Shown in pieces: positions 57,401 to 64,000 of a stretch of DNA of 64,000 nt. Numbering within the stretch: the stretch's first letter is position 1; each line of letters starts with the position of its first letter. Position numbers and translations under genes: made by a program. The DNA is from Myxococcales bacterium (GTDB taxonomy: Bacteria > Myxococcota_A > UBA9042 > JABWCM01 > BTVJ01). The stretch spans positions 1 to 64,000 of the forward strand of contig BTVJ01000036.1 in the NCBI GenBank assembly GCA_045863395.1, given 5' to 3'. The notes beneath the pieces were generated by a model that was not told where the DNA came from, made no database searches, and saw only the letters and a list, made by a program, of their open reading frames with translations.

Positions 57401-59644
57401 ATCAGGGTCGGCCCCCACCTCCGCCAGCAGGCGCACGTAGGCCGCCTCGGCGCGGTCGAAGGCCGCGAGCTGGACAGCGGCATCCCCCTGCAGCACGAGC
57501 AGCCGCCGCCGCAGCGCTGCCCCTTGCACCCGCGTGTCGTCGATGGAGCCGATCAACCTGTCCACGAGCGCAAACGCGGACCGAGCCGCCAGCCCCTCCG
57601 CCGTGTCTACGGCCACGGCCACCGCCTGATCCAGCCCTACCGGACCATCAGGCGCGCCGGCCGCCCGCAGCAGGTGAATCGCCCGCGCCACCCGGGGCTC
57701 GTCGCCGCTCTCCTGCTCCAGGAGCCCCGCCGCGACGACGTGCAGCCTCCACCGCTCGTCGGCGTCGACGAAGCCCAGCGCCGCCTCCCTCACGACGGGC
57801 GACGCCACGGTGCACGCGATGCGGTCGCCGCGCACGTCGCGGGACAGGAGGCCCAGCGACTCCAGCCGGTCGAGCGCGACCCGAACGCCGCCGAGGTCCT
57901 CCCCAAGCAAGGCCCCAAGGAGCGGAGGCGTGGCCGGAACCTCCAGCAGCGAGATGGCCACCAGGGCCGACCGCGTCTTGGCGTCCAGTCGCTCGACCTT
58001 CCCCCGCAGCATGTCGTCCACCGTGCGCGGGAGCGCGGGCCGCGCGGGCATCTCGGGGGCAGCCGCCGCCTGCGTCGCCCCCACCGTGAGGTGACCGGCC
58101 TCGAAGAGGCCCCGCGTGGCCTCGACGAGCAGCAGCGGGTTGCCTCCGCTCAGCGCGTGCAGGACCACCGCCAGCCCATGAGACACGCGCCTGCCGGGAA
58201 ACAGGCGCTCCAGCCACTGCCGCACGTGGTCGACGGCGAAGGGAGACAGCACGATGTCGGCCCCCGCGTCGAGGGCGTCGGCGACCACGACCAGCAGCCG
58301 CGCCTCGGGGTCCACGCCGCCCTCCATCGCCCTCCCGATGGCCGCCATGACCTCCCGAGTCTCGCCGTCGCCGAGCTCCAGGCCATCGACGAGCAGCGTG
58401 GTCGGCGCCCGCCTCCCGAGTGACAGCAACAGCCGCGCGAGGGCGTCCACCCGGTTCGCGCGCGCGCGGACCGGGTCCTCGGCGACCAGGGCGGAGGCCT
58501 CGGATGGGGCCCACTCCGGCAGGACCCCGGCCAGCGCCGCGCGCTGGCCCTCGGACAGGGCCTCCACCTCGGGCGCATCCCCGCCCGCGCCCAGTGCCCC
58601 GAGCAGCAGCCGCCGGACGGGCGCCAGCGTCGCCTCCCCGGGCGCGCACGTCGTCGCGATCACCCGCTTGCCCTCCCCCAGCAGGGAGTCTGCCAGCACA
58701 CGCAGCAGCCTGGAGCGCCCCGAGCCCGGCGCGCCCGCGACGCGCACGAGCTGCGGAGGTGCCTCGAGCGCGGCAGCGGCCCGCCGGAGCGCCTCACCCT
58801 CTCCGCCGACGTCCACCCGGTCCACGCGGCTCACCCGCGCGGAGACGATCTCGACCGTCAGGTGCGGTACGGGCCGCCCGAGCAGATCGGAGAGCTGGTC
58901 GAGGACCTCGGCGGCCGACGCGGGCCGCTCGGCGGCCGTCGGAGAGAGGAGGCGCCGCAGCAGCGGGGCGACCTTGCCCTTCGCCCCCACGGCCGCAGGC
59001 TGAGGCGGCGGCGCGTCGGGCAGGGTGCGCGGGTAGCGCGGGTACGGGTGCTTCCCGAAGAAGAGCTGCCACCCCAGTACGCCCAGACTGAACAGGTCGG
59101 ACCGGGGCGAGACTGGGGCCCCGGCGAGGGTCTCGGGCGCCAGCCAGGGGAGCGCCCCGCTCACTCCGCCCCCAGCCGTCGGAGAGGACAGACCGAAGTC
59201 GAGCACCTTCACGCGGGGCGCCTCGCCGGTGGCCACCAGGATCACGTTGGCCGGGTTCAGGTCCCCGTGCACTCGCCCCTGCTCGTGGATGTGCAGCAGC
59301 GTCCGGGCAAGCTGAACCAGCACCTCGACCGCCTGCTCCTCGCCGACCTCGCCCGTGTCCACCCACTCGCCGAGCTGAGGCCCGTCGCACAGCTCCATGG
59401 TGAACGCCGGCCTCCCGCCCTCCGGGTCCTCGTGCAGGTCGTACACCTCGGGCAGGTGAGGGTGGGCCAGGCTCCGCAACAGCACCAGCTCGGCGCGGAA
59501 GAGGCCCGCCAGCTCGGGGCTCTTGACCCGCTTGAGGGCCAGGCTGCGGCCGGGGAAGAATCGATCCTCAACGAGGAAGACCTCCCCCATTCCCCCCTCT
59601 CCGATCTTGTGAAGGATCTCATACCGGTGCAGGATGGTCGTCAT
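54422..59644 (-). CDS. Ser/Thr kinase-NTPase-TPR-GAF-sigma54 enhancer-binding protein with Fis-type HTH
   Basis: [34 protein letters not shown] and SGGNPL; TPR array; GAF (LRSILCLPL...GVLYIDNR); [59 protein letters not shown]. Confidence 0.93.
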   Translation of the reverse strand: MTTILHRYEILHKIGEGGMGEVFLVEDRFFPGRSLALKRVKSPELAGLFRAELVLLRSLAHPHLPEVYDLHEDPEGGRPAFTMELCDGPQLGEWVDTGEVGEEQAVEVLVQLARTLLHIHEQGRVHGDLNPANVILVATGEAPRVKVLDFGLSSPTAGGGVSGALPWLAPETLAGAPVSPRSDLFSLGVLGWQLFFGKHPYPRYPRTLPDAPPPQPAAVGAKGKVAPLLRRLLSPTAAERPASAAEVLDQLSDLLGRPVPHLTVEIVSARVSRVDRVDVGGEGEALRRAAAALEAPPQLVRVAGAPGSGRSRLLRVLADSLLGEGKRVIATTCAPGEATLAPVRRLLLGALGAGGDAPEVEALSEGQRAALAGVLPEWAPSEASALVAEDPVRARANRVDALARLLLSLGRRAPTTLLVDGLELGDGETREVMAAIGRAMEGGVDPEARLLVVVADALDAGADIVLSPFAVDHVRQWLERLFPGRRVSHGLAVVLHALSGGNPLLLVEATRGLFEAGHLTVGATQAAAAPEMPARPALPRTVDDMLRGKVERLDAKTRSALVAISLLEVPATPPLLGALLGEDLGGVRVALDRLESLGLLSRDVRGDRIACTVASPVVREAALGFVDADERWRLHVVAAGLLEQESGDEPRVARAIHLLRAAGAPDGPVGLDQAVAVAVDTAEGLAARSAFALVDRLIGSIDDTRVQGAALRRRLLVLQGDAAVQLAAFDRAEAAYVRLLAEVGADPDLRADALRRAGVLELRRGAFALATDRLGDAVATLAGRRPLDSAEARSWLAQALLYGGDYARAIEEGEEARRELGEGDQQPVVRARLSHVLGLAAFYQGRLEDAEGTLGEALARYEALGRPGDVAALRTCLGIVQHRKDRYDEALAEYQGALEMAERAGDRARQWSLLMNMGVVYQERGDVQRAIEHYERSLRLSEVLGDRGGVLKNCNNLGNVYRYLGQLDRARALVERSLALCRSEKNRFIEGYNLSLLGEIERLEGACGDPEAHLRAALALFEELGSANEITEVQLELGQLALDRGAHDDVAAWAGRALEAALRHGARDLRVRALTLRAEAERVRADGAPDRAGELVEDALRSAEGLDSPEVLWPLRFVAARVLRDLGETRKAIEHGLAALEILRGLVRPLPPKLAESFMGVRDRREAMAELRWIEALEGHAARAQRTDVFGADMAKLLEINKRLNTEHDVTRLLEFIMDSAIVLTGAERGFLLLGSEEDGPDGLTVRVARNIDRENIKNRRFKISTSIAERVMEEGEPIITVDAMEDERYREYLSIHNLRLRSILCLPLRLMGRSIGVLYIDNRFQASAFGEVDLAFMEAFADQAAIAIGNARLFEENLRQKNALAESQRRVEDLNKQLEEKLQRTSLELAETQTRMARQQQQLESRHRYEALVGQSAKLREVFYIIDRLLENDIPVLIGGESGTGKELVARAIHYNGARRSHEFVAVNCGSIPASLFESELFGHVRGAFTGASADKRGFFEVAHKGTLFLDEIGEMPLEMQVKLLRVLQSGEVQKVGSPRTTKVDVRIVAATNRDLKEQVRRKEFREDLFYRINVVPIQLPALRERKDDIPLLVQHFIKENRASGLTRIKGISADALTLLARYDFPGNVRELETIIKNASVFAEGEQLTPASFAHFHEIVAAASGVSARPVGRDGDGLPFSPGMTIAELEREAIIRTLEACGGNKKKTAELLGIDRRTLYNKLDGYQIRLERQASVVRE

Positions 59645-59699
59645 GGTCCCCTCGCCGCGTTTTGCTGACAATCGCGGCGGATCGTAGAGGAACTGCACA

Positions 59700-59719
59700 C
59701 GATTGCAAGTCTCCAATCG
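59700..59719. promoter_or_regulatory. Candidate upstream activator site CGATTG-N8-CAATCG
   Basis: Perfect 6-bp inverted repeat about 80-95 bp upstream of the sigma54 -24 element. Confidence 0.45.
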
Positions 59720-59794
59720 CAAGCGGGCGGACGGGCGCCGGTTGCCCTCCACAAAGATCAATGATATCCAGCACCGATCCGCCCCCCGGCCCGT

Positions 59795-59810
59795 TGGCAC
59801 ATGGGCTGCA
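59795..59810 (+). promoter_or_regulatory. Sigma54 (-24/-12) promoter TGGCACATGGGCTGCA
   Basis: TGGCAC...TGCA with exact GG-N10-GC spacing, 56 bp before the 59867 ATG, divergent from a sigma54 activator gene. Confidence 0.75.
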
Positions 59811-59866
59811 CTGCTGGCGTGGAGCGTGACACCCGTAGCATCGGCCAACCCGTTGGCGAGGCGTGA

Positions 59867-60316
59867 ATGAAGCGAGCCAGGCACATCGCAGCCGCCCTGT
59901 TCATCGCGTTGGCCCTCCCGTGCTGCGACGGTGGCGGGGAGGACGTGTGCATCAGCCCCGTGCCCACCCCGAACGCCTGCCCCAACGGCCAGGGCCCGGC
60001 GGCCGCCGACATGGACGCGGCGGAGTGGAGCGGCGGCGAGCCGACCCATGCGTCGGACACCGGCGGCGGAGGGGGCGGAGGCTTCGCTGGCAGGAGCGAC
60101 GCGGGCTCCCTGGACCCGAACGCGGGCGCCGTGGACGGGGACCTCGACGCTGAGAAGGATGCCTCGACCGGGGACGCCGAGGCGACGTGCGGCGAAGACG
60201 CCGATGGCGGCTGCCCTGACACGGCGGATCCAGATTCCGGCGACGCAGACAACCAGGAGCCCGACGGCGACATCGCGTCGCCAGACCTCGACCTGCTGGG
60301 GGAGGACGCGCCATGA
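59867..60316 (+). CDS. Acidic Asp/Gly-rich lipoprotein with ISPVPTPN motif
   Basis: Signal MKRARHIAAALFIALALPCC; CISPVPTPNAC; low-complexity acidic tail. Confidence 0.72.
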   Translation: MKRARHIAAALFIALALPCCDGGGEDVCISPVPTPNACPNGQGPAAADMDAAEWSGGEPTHASDTGGGGGGGFAGRSDAGSLDPNAGAVDGDLDAEKDASTGDAEATCGEDADGGCPDTADPDSGDADNQEPDGDIASPDLDLLGEDAP

Positions 60317-60843
60317 GCCACCGACTTTCAGGCCCCCTGAGCCTCGCCTTGCTGCTGGCCGCCTGCAACATCAGCCCGGTCCCGACGCCCAACAACACGG
60401 GCGAGGGCGCCAATGGCGGCGGTGGCTTCGGGAGCGCAGACGCGGGCTGGGAGGACCCCGGCGGCGAGGGCAAGGGACAGGACACGGCGGGTGGAGGCTG
60501 GCTCGACTCGGGCGGCTCGGGGGACTGGGGCTCCGGTGGCAGCGACGCCGCCGGCGGCAGCGCCGACGCGATGGGGCCAGGCACGAACGACGCATCGTGG
60601 GACACGATGGGCGGTGGCACCGGCGACGCGGCGCACGAGGACGTGTCGGGCCCCATCGACTGCGGCCCGTGGGAGTGGGACGCGGAAGATGGCGCCGACG
60701 TGCAGTGTTGGCCCGACGACATCGGAGCAGGGGTCGACGCAGACCCGTGGCCCGACGACGCAGACCCGTGGCCCGACGACGCAGACCCGTGGCCCGACGA
60801 CGCAGATCCCTGGGCCGACATCTTCGGAGACGACGACATCTGA
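60313..60843 (+). CDS. Acidic Asp/Trp-rich lipoprotein with ISPVPTPN motif and DADPWPD repeats
   Basis: Lipobox LAAC directly followed by NISPVPTPN; ATGA overlap with the upstream gene. Confidence 0.75.
   Translation: MSHRLSGPLSLALLLAACNISPVPTPNNTGEGANGGGGFGSADAGWEDPGGEGKGQDTAGGGWLDSGGSGDWGSGGSDAAGGSADAMGPGTNDASWDTMGGGTGDAAHEDVSGPIDCGPWEWDAEDGADVQCWPDDIGAGVDADPWPDDADPWPDDADPWPDDADPWADIFGDDDI
60736..60819 (+). repeat. 4 x 21-bp in-frame tandem repeat GACGCAGACCCGTGGCCCGAC (DADPWPD)
   Basis: Three exact copies (60736, 60757, 60778) and one degenerate copy (60799). Confidence 0.9.
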
Positions 60844-60887
60844 CGCGCCCCGCCCTCTGGCGCCACCCCTCCCCCTCGCCACGCTGA

Positions 60888-62171
60888 GTGACTTTGCGGA
60901 CACTCCAGGTCATCGCCCGGGTCGCCCAGGTCCTCTTCTGGTCCTTCGTCGCCTTCTGCCGCTTCGCCGTCGGAGCCCCGGCGGCCCTTCTGCCGTCGGG
61001 GGCGCGCCGCCGCAGGGCAGGCGCCCTCGCGGCCAACGTCTTTCGCCGCTGGCTCCAGGATCTGGGCGCGACCTTCATCAAGGTCGGCCAGATCCTCAGC
61101 ACGCGCCCCGACATCCTCCCCGAGTACGCCATCGCGGAGCTGGCGCTGCTCCAGGACCAGGTGCCTCCGTTCGCGTTCCCCATCGTCGAGCGCACCATCG
61201 AGGCGGAGCTAGGCCAGCCCGTCTCCCACCTCTTCCGCCACCTGGACCCGGTGCCCATCGCGTCGGCCTCGGTCGCCCAGGTCCACGCTGGAGAGCTCCC
61301 GACCGGGGAGCGCGTGGCGGTCAAGGTGCGCCGCCCGGACATCGTGCGCACGGCCGAGCTCGACGAGGTGATCATGAAGCTCCTGGCGCGCGCGGCCTCC
61401 CTCCTCCCAACGGTCCACTTCCTCTCACCGGTGGAGTCCGTGAGCGAGTTCTGCGCCGCCATCCGCGACCAGCTCGACCTGACCAAGGAGGCGGCCAACA
61501 ACCGCCGCTTCCGCGCCAACTTCGCCAGCTCCCCGGAGGTGCGCTTCCCGGCGCTCCACGAGGCGCTGTGCTCCCCTTCGGTGCTCACCATGGAGCTGAT
61601 CGACGGCGTCAAGGAGGGCAGCCTGTCCACCATCGACGCGGATCCGAAGCGCCTCGCGCGCATCGGGAGCAGAGCCGTCCTGCAGATGATCTTCCGCCAC
61701 GGCTTCGTGCACGCGGACCTGCACCCGGGGAACATCCTCTTCGAGCCGGGAAACCGCGTGACCTTCATCGACCTGGGGATGGTCGGCCGCATCGACCCTG
61801 AGCGGCGCCGGGCCCTGGCCACCCTCTTCTTCGCCCTCGCGGCCAACGACGGGGCCACGGTCGCCCGCATCATGTTCGAGCAGAGCCCCCACAAGGTCGT
61901 GACCGACTACCAGGCCTACGAGGCGGACGTCACGGGCTTCATCGCCACGTTCTACGCAAAGCGCCTCGGCGACGTGGAGGTCAGCCTCCTCATCGGGCAC
62001 GTCTTCCGCATCATCCGGCGACACCGCATCCGCGCCGAGGCCGCGTTCACCATCATCAACATCGCCTTCATCGTGATGGAGGGGCTGGGCAAGAAGCTCG
62101 ACCCGACCATGGACCTCTTCACGGAGACGATGCCGTTCCTGGCGGAGCTCCTCGCCGAGCGCCCGTCTTGA
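60888..62171 (+). CDS. ABC1/UbiB/AarF-family atypical kinase
   Basis: LGATFIKVGQILSTRPDILP, PIASASVAQVH, VAVKVRRP, GFVHADLHPGN, IDLGMVG. Confidence 0.92.
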   Translation: MTLRTLQVIARVAQVLFWSFVAFCRFAVGAPAALLPSGARRRRAGALAANVFRRWLQDLGATFIKVGQILSTRPDILPEYAIAELALLQDQVPPFAFPIVERTIEAELGQPVSHLFRHLDPVPIASASVAQVHAGELPTGERVAVKVRRPDIVRTAELDEVIMKLLARAASLLPTVHFLSPVESVSEFCAAIRDQLDLTKEAANNRRFRANFASSPEVRFPALHEALCSPSVLTMELIDGVKEGSLSTIDADPKRLARIGSRAVLQMIFRHGFVHADLHPGNILFEPGNRVTFIDLGMVGRIDPERRRALATLFFALAANDGATVARIMFEQSPHKVVTDYQAYEADVTGFIATFYAKRLGDVEVSLLIGHVFRIIRRHRIRAEAAFTIINIAFIVMEGLGKKLDPTMDLFTETMPFLAELLAERPS

Positions 62172-62254
62172 CACTCCACAGCACCGGCGCGTACTTTCGC
62201 TCGCCGGCCCGCGACCCAGGCGAGCGGCCTATCGTGCAAGGAGGCCCCGGTCAC

Positions 62255-63583
62255 ATGAAGAAGAACTTCATCCTCGACACAAACGTGCTGCTCCACGACG
62301 TGCGGGCCATCTTCGCCTTCGAGGACAACAACGTCTGCATCCCCATCTACGTGATCGAGGAGCTGGACACCTTCAAGAAGGACATCAGCGAGCTCGGCCG
62401 GAACGCCCGCGAGGTGAGCCGCCAGCTCGACCGCTTCCGCGAGCAGGGCCGCCTCTCCGACGGCGTGACCCTCCCGAGCGGCGGCCGCCTCCAGGTGCTC
62501 TTCACCCAGGAGCGCCTCCCCGAGGCCTTCGCGGTCGCCCACGCGGCCGACAACGCCATCCTGGCCGTCGCGCTGGACCTGGCGAAGCGAGAGCCCCACT
62601 GCCCCACGATCTTCGTCACCAAGGACACGAACCTCCGCATCCGCGCCGACGCCCTGGGCATCCACGCCGAGGACTACGACCGGGAGCGCTACGACATCAG
62701 CGAGCTGTACCCGGGCGCCACGGAGGTCTCCATCTCTGGCGCCCAGATGCAGGCGCTGTTCGAGAAGGGCTCCATCCCGCTGGACGGGCTCAGCCCGAGC
62801 GACGGAGAGCCCTTCTACGCCAACGAGTACATCCTGCTCCGCAACCTGGATCGCCCGGGCCACACGTCCCTGGCCCGCGTCAACGGCGACGTCAACGAGG
62901 TGGGCCCCATCACGCCGTTCCGCGACACGGTGTGGGGCATCCGCCCCCGCAACAAGGAGCAGCACTACACCCTCGACGCACTGCTGCGGGACGACATCAA
63001 GATGGTGACCCTGGTCGGCAAGGCGGGCACGGGCAAGACCCTGCTGGCAGTGGCTGCGGGCCTCTACAAGGTCACCGACGAGAGCTCCTTCAGCAAGGTC
63101 CTGGTCAGCCGCCCCATCTTCCCGCTGGGGCGCGACATCGGCTACCTCCCCGGCGACATCGAGCAGAAGCTCACGCCCTGGATGCAGCCGATCCACGACA
63201 ACGTGGAGTTCCTGATGGGGCTGTCCAAGAGCGACAAGAAGCGGGGCCGCAGCTACCACGAGCTCATGGACCAGGACCTGCTGGCCATCGAGCCGCTCAC
63301 CTACATCCGCGGCAGGTCCATCCCCAACCAGTTCATGATCGTGGACGAGGCCCAGAACCTGACGCCCCACGAGGTGAAGACGGTGCTGACCCGCGTCGGC
63401 GACAACACGAAGATCGTGTTCACCGGCGACCCCTACCAGATCGACAACCCGTATGTGGACAGCGTGAACAACGGGCTGACCTACCTCGCCCAGAAGTTCA
63501 AGAGCGAGAAGATCGCCGCCCACGTGTCCCTGTTCAAGGGAGAGCGCTCGGAGCTGGCCGAGCTGGCCGCAAACCTGCTCTGA
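62255..63583 (+). CDS. PIN-domain PhoH-family ATPase (PhoH2/YlaK-like)
   Basis: FILDTNVLLHD (PIN), GKAGTGKT, GYLPG, YIRGRSI, VDEAQNLT, TGDPYQID, ERSELA. Confidence 0.93.
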   Translation: MKKNFILDTNVLLHDVRAIFAFEDNNVCIPIYVIEELDTFKKDISELGRNAREVSRQLDRFREQGRLSDGVTLPSGGRLQVLFTQERLPEAFAVAHAADNAILAVALDLAKREPHCPTIFVTKDTNLRIRADALGIHAEDYDRERYDISELYPGATEVSISGAQMQALFEKGSIPLDGLSPSDGEPFYANEYILLRNLDRPGHTSLARVNGDVNEVGPITPFRDTVWGIRPRNKEQHYTLDALLRDDIKMVTLVGKAGTGKTLLAVAAGLYKVTDESSFSKVLVSRPIFPLGRDIGYLPGDIEQKLTPWMQPIHDNVEFLMGLSKSDKKRGRSYHELMDQDLLAIEPLTYIRGRSIPNQFMIVDEAQNLTPHEVKTVLTRVGDNTKIVFTGDPYQIDNPYVDSVNNGLTYLAQKFKSEKIAAHVSLFKGERSELAELAANLL

Positions 63584-63688
63584 CGAGCTTCAGCCCGGCC
63601 CCGTCGCCGAGGCTCACCCCCTCCGCGCTCCGTGGCCTGGTCCCCCGGGTCGACGGAGGACGAGCAGGTGCGAGCGAGGGAGCGCCCG

Positions 63689-64000
63689 CTACCTCCGCAG
63701 GAACGTCGGCACCGGCGCAAAGTCCTCCGCCGCCAGCTTCTTCCGCAGGTTCAGCGTCAGGCGCGCGGGATTGTAGACCATCAGGTTGTGGGTGGTCGGC
63801 GTCGTGAGGATGAACTGCGCCCGCGTCACGTTCAGGAAGCGGGTGATGTCGTCGATGCGCTCCACCGACAGGTGGGCGAAGGGCTCGTCGAGGATGAAGA
63901 ACCCGCCGGGCTCCTCATCGTCCTGCATGGTGAGCGCCATCAGCAGGATGAGCGACGCGATGACGCTCTGCCCTCCCGAGAGCTTGGGGTCGTTGATGGG
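63689..64000 (-). CDS. SMC/SbcC-like ABC-ATPase, C-terminal head fragment (5' part outside the window)
   Basis: Frame open from the window edge: KLSGGQSVIASLILLMAL (signature), FFILDEPFAHLS (Walker B/D-loop), AQFILTTP. Confidence 0.75.
   Translation of the reverse strand, partial: PINDPKLSGGQSVIASLILLMALTMQDDEEPGGFFILDEPFAHLSVERIDDITRFLNVTRAQFILTTPTTHNLMVYNPARLTLNLRKKLAAEDFAPVPTFLRR

Noticed and set aside
60736..60819. 21-bp repeats as a possible CRISPR array
   Set aside because: No spacers, in-frame coding repeat, and no cas genes in the window.

Overview
Very GC-rich bacterial DNA whose content points to a Myxococcota/deltaproteobacterial genome: a MYXO-CTERM-like sorting tail, many Cys/Asp-rich lipoproteins, a Ser/Thr kinase-sigma54 activator fusion and a zapA-rny block. 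This taxonomy is inferred. Most of the ORF track is antisense shadow of real genes, and it misses the largest gene at the left edge. Main contents, left to right: (1) a >2,880-codon single-chain mycobacterial/fungal-type fatty acid synthase I (minus strand, truncated by the window), preceded by a TetR-DUF1801 fusion and two 16-bp palindromic operator-like boxes; (2) housekeeping genes rhlE, rpoZ, zapA, rny and tyrS, with a candidate 6S-like structured RNA between zapA and rny; (3) a 176-bp MITE with 22-bp terminal inverted repeats and a TTA duplication; (4) a tightly coupled five-gene ion-transport operon (antiporter-like, trkA, trkH, a 1439-aa antiporter/AAA-like fusion, mini-MscS); (5) a diguanylate cyclase, msrB, a sulfatase/LTA-synthase-like gene and a SpoIID lipoprotein with 12 repeats; (6) a ~3,500-aa lipoprotein-anchored YD/Rhs protein without the canonical Rhs cleavage motif or an immunity gene; (7) an orphan MNT nucleotidyltransferase colliding with a lipoprotein remnant; (8) a kinase-TPR-GAF-sigma54 activator facing a sigma54 promoter upstream of two acidic lipoproteins that share ISPVPTPN; (9) an ABC1 kinase, PIN-PhoH and the 3' end of an SMC-like ATPase. 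No rRNA, tRNA or CRISPR array was seen. All domain calls are from motif recognition by eye, not database searches.
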